Shown one piece after another: positions 38,801 to 64,000 of a stretch of 64,000 bases of DNA (position 1 is its first letter; every line of letters starts with the position of its first letter). Origin of the DNA: Reclinomonas americana ATCC 50394 (taxonomy: Eukaryota). Below the pieces are notes generated by a model. That model had not been told where the DNA came from and searched no databases. It saw only the letters and a program-made list of their open reading frames with translations. A program made the position numbers and the translations under genes. The stretch is from positions 1 to 64,000 of the forward strand of contig PS015489.1 in the NCBI GenBank assembly GCA_048213135.1, read 5' to 3'.

Positions 38801-40143
38801 CCCGCACAGCCTCCTTGGACGTGGGCGATCGTCGCCACTCCATCACATCATGATCGAGCGGAGACAGCGCGGTGCGAATGGTCGGGCGTGGCGACTGATC
38901 CACGCGTGGCACCACACCCTGTCCGAGCTGAATCATGTCGGTGGGCGGTGGCGCAAAGCGTGCTGGAGGAGCCGACGATGGTCGAGGCAGGCTTGCTGCG
39001 AAGAGGGAGAGGGAGAAGTGATGAGCGAGGAGGAGGGGGAGGGAAAGGAGGAGAAGGAGGAGGAGGAGGAGGAGGAGGAGGAGGAGGAGGAAGAAGAAGA
39101 AGAAGAAGANNNNNNNNNNNNNNNNNNNNNNNNNNNNNNNNNNNNNNNNNNNNNNNNNNNNNNNNNNNNNNNNNNNNNNNNNNNNNNNNNNNNNNNNNNN
39201 NNNNNNNNNNNNNNNNNNNNNNNNNNNNNNNNNNNNNNNNNNNNNNNNNNNNNNNNNNNNNNNNNNNNNNNNNNNNNNNNNNNNNNNNNNNNNNNNNNNN
39301 NNNNNNNNNNNNNNNNNNNNNNNNNNNNNNNNNNNNNNNNNNNNNNNNNNNNNNNNNNNNNNNNNNNNNNNNNNNNNNNNNNNNNNNNNNNNNNNNNNNN
39401 NNNNNNNNNNNNNNNNNNNNNNNNNNNNNNNNNNNNNNNNNNNNNNNNNNNNNNNNNNNNNNNNNNNNNNNNNNNNNNNNNNNNNNNNNNNNNNNNNNNA
39501 GGAGGAGGAGGAGGAGGAGGTCCTCAGGAGGCGGAGAAACGCAACAACTGCGACGCTCATTGCGCGCACGTCGACCATTCATTCCGCGCACTTGCTGCCG
39601 CACTTCTTCCGTCACCTCATCGGCATCAGAGGCGCCCAGTGTACTCGCTTGCACGCCTATCACACACACACACAAGAGAGAAAGTGAGGAGAAAGAAGAG
39701 AAGAGCAAAGAGTAAGAGTCTCTCTCACCTGCAAGTGGCACTCGCGACTTTCGCAGACTTTGCATAAAAGTGCGCTCCCATTCGCGCACATGCGAAGTGG
39801 GAAAGCGAATGCGCGGCGGAGGCTCGTTTGCTGGTCGGAAGCTCGGCTTTTTATGTGTGCGAGAACACAATCAGTGAGAGTGAGAGAGTGAGTGAAAGAG
39901 AGAGTGTTTCTCCGACGACACGCGATGCACAGGGCAGTGTGCCTCTCTCTCTTTCTCTTTCTCTCTCACTCTCACTTGTAGTATGTGCATGCGTGTCGTT
40001 CTCACATGCACACTCGCGTGCGTGTGAGTGTCTCGTCTTTCTCTTCTTTCTCTCTTTCTCTTCTCTCTCTCTTTGTGTGTGTGCGTGCTGTTTACCTTGA
40101 GAACTTTGAAAGGCGCACTGCCAAGGTCGTCCAATGCGCTCAT
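35861..40143 (-). CDS. Hypothetical protein with long charged coiled-coil segments (E/R/Q-rich), multi-exon
   Basis: MSALDDLGSAPFKVLK|PSFRPANEPPPRIRF... splices onward to charged helices (ERREREQHERETEREAARILAEELELKEEEIR) and ends ...RDRSGRLYGV*. One intron spans gap 39110-39499. Confidence 0.6.
39026..39109 (+). repeat. (GAG)n/(GAA)n trinucleotide microsatellite, intronic
   Basis: Perfect runs leading into gap 39110-39499; (GGA)n resumes after the gap. Confidence 0.9.
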
Positions 40144-40982
40144 GTCTGCGTGTGTCGAAAGTGGTGGGCGCGTGCGACGTCGCGAAGTTCTGCATTGTCA
40201 CGTGGCCGTCGAGCGAGTACTTGTGCAGGTGTGCATGCTTGTGTATGAAGGAAGAAGCAAAGTGTGCCGGGGAGAGATGAATACGAAGAGAGAGAGAGCT
40301 GGGAGAATGTTCGCGACGTTGCGTAAACAAGCTGTAGAATGCCAGCCCGTCGCTAACGGTGGTCGGGCTTTGCAGCGATGCATCTACAGACTATCTTCCA
40401 CATGTTGACTATAAGCGAGAAGCATGTTTGATGTGAAGAAAGTCCAGACAATTCGACTTCGCACCGAATTCTGCGTTTATTGTCTGTTTCTTTCAGCGCC
40501 TCTTCACGCAATCAACGCTGCTGTTAATGCAGCGGCTGGACTACCGCACAACTGCGCAGATGAAGTTTGATGATCGACCGCCGATGTTATATTGACGTGT
40601 CCTGCCGCAAACCGGACAAAAGGCCGCTGCAGCGCGCGCATCGATATCTCTGCCTCTGCCTCTCTCGCTCACACACACACACATTGTGCGCGTTGTCTTG
40701 CAACACATAGGTAAGCATCGCACACACGCACACGCACAGACAATCGCAGACACACACAGAGAGAAACAGACGCGCGCGTGTCTGGATTTCATTTCGCGCA
40801 CACACACACACAGATAGACACTCTCTCACCAAGACACAACGCATCTGCACACACGATGATGCACACACCACACACAAAAAAACAGCAGCGATAGATAGAC
40901 AAAGTAGACGAGGACATGGCCGCGCACATCACTCACACTCACCACCTCCACGCAGCAGTCATCAACATACAAGTGAACAAGC

Positions 40983-41254
40983 ATGAGCGGCCCGCCTCCT
41001 CCGCGCGTCTCTGGGCTGGCCAGCGCGCGCGGCACTGGCGGCAACCTCTCTCGCGCATTCAGTGCCGCCGCGCACGCTGCCTCGAGCTACTCTGCCTCAG
41101 CGGCCGCAGGCGCAGCAGGAGCGTCTCCCATGTTGCCTTCTCAACCGCCGCCGCGACAACGGCCGCTGGTGACGGTGCCGCGATTGGAGATGTCGAGGGT
41201 GTATGGATCGGCGGCGGCGGCGGCGCCTAGTGCGGCCGCCTCGTCGGGTTATGC
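40983..41254 (+). CDS. Probable first exon of a gene whose remainder is lost in gap 41646-42329
   Basis: MSGPPPPRVSGLASARG...SSGYA followed by a C|GTTGCG donor at 41255 and intron-like CT/GT repeats. Confidence 0.45.
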
Positions 41255-41344
41255 GTTGCGTACTCTCTGTCTCTGTCTGTGTGTGTGTGTCTCTCTCTCT
41301 GTGTGTGTGTGTGTGTGTCTCGCTCTCTGTGTGTATATCTCTCA

Positions 41345-41581
41345 CTGTTTGAATGATTGATTGTGGGCATTCACGATACGGATTGCGGTGCTCTCTTCAA
41401 TCGAGGGTCCTCTTTCTTGCCCGTTAATCGCATGCTCTCTCTATCTCTCTCTCTTTCTCTGTCTCTCTCTGTGTGTGTGTGTGTGTCTCTCTCTCTGTTT
41501 GAATGATTGATCGTTGGCATTCGCGATACGGATTGCGGTGCTCTGTTGAGATGAAGGACCTCTTTCCCGCCCGTTAATCGC
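41345..41581 (+). repeat. Two diverged tandem copies of an ~86 nt unit with microsatellite spacers
   Basis: CTGTTTGAATGATTGAT...GATACGGATTGCGGTGCTCT...GCCCGTTAATCGC at about 41345-41431 and 41496-41581. Confidence 0.9.
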
Positions 41582-41586
41582 TCTGC

Positions 41587-41645
<59 letters not shown>

Positions 41646-42373
41646 NNNNNNNNNNNNNNNNNNNNNNNNNNNNNNNNNNNNNNNNNNNNNNNNNNNNNNN
41701 NNNNNNNNNNNNNNNNNNNNNNNNNNNNNNNNNNNNNNNNNNNNNNNNNNNNNNNNNNNNNNNNNNNNNNNNNNNNNNNNNNNNNNNNNNNNNNNNNNNN
41801 NNNNNNNNNNNNNNNNNNNNNNNNNNNNNNNNNNNNNNNNNNNNNNNNNNNNNNNNNNNNNNNNNNNNNNNNNNNNNNNNNNNNNNNNNNNNNNNNNNNN
41901 NNNNNNNNNNNNNNNNNNNNNNNNNNNNNNNNNNNNNNNNNNNNNNNNNNNNNNNNNNNNNNNNNNNNNNNNNNNNNNNNNNNNNNNNNNNNNNNNNNNN
42001 NNNNNNNNNNNNNNNNNNNNNNNNNNNNNNNNNNNNNNNNNNNNNNNNNNNNNNNNNNNNNNNNNNNNNNNNNNNNNNNNNNNNNNNNNNNNNNNNNNNN
42101 NNNNNNNNNNNNNNNNNNNNNNNNNNNNNNNNNNNNNNNNNNNNNNNNNNNNNNNNNNNNNNNNNNNNNNNNNNNNNNNNNNNNNNNNNNNNNNNNNNNN
42201 NNNNNNNNNNNNNNNNNNNNNNNNNNNNNNNNNNNNNNNNNNNNNNNNNNNNNNNNNNNNNNNNNNNNNNNNNNNNNNNNNNNNNNNNNNNNNNNNNNNN
42301 NNNNNNNNNNNNNNNNNNNNNNNNNNNNNACGTACGTACGTACGACGAACAACGTAGTCGTTCGTCTCGTCTT

Positions 42374-42428
<55 letters not shown>

Positions 42429-42453
42429 ATGGTATAGTCGAGTGTTCTCTCAC

Positions 42454-64000
<21,547 letters not shown>

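Noticed and set aside
40200-40900. Possible small gene or ncRNA in the largest intergenic stretch
   Set aside because: No convincing exon chain, tRNA fold or snRNA motif could be read.

Overview
Gene-dense, GC-rich eukaryotic scaffold, probably from a flagellated protist (it carries CCDC61/VFL3). It uses the standard genetic code and has very many ~55-90 nt spliceosomal introns, abundant CT/CA/GA microsatellites and seven N-gaps. Manual splicing gives about 15 genes. Recognisable ones are a partial WD40 protein, CCDC61 (its 3' half on an apparently mis-oriented contig), a helical-repeat protein, one gene joining R2R3-Myb repeats to a C-terminal RAWUL-like ubiquitin fold, a stromal-processing-peptidase-like M16 protease with no room for a presequence, SART3/Prp24 and a partial TRRAP/Tra1. 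There is also a head-to-head pair of paralogous membrane proteins and several orphans. The strongest novelty is in splicing: roughly a quarter to a third of introns use a 5' splice site shifted by one nucleotide (GTTGCG/GTTTCG/GTTACG/GTTGAG, conserved G at +6), mostly when the last exon base is not G. Long introns open with G-run tracts and contain local tandem duplications. No rRNA, tRNA, CRISPR or recognisable mobile element was seen. All gene models and counts were read by eye, without transcript or database support.
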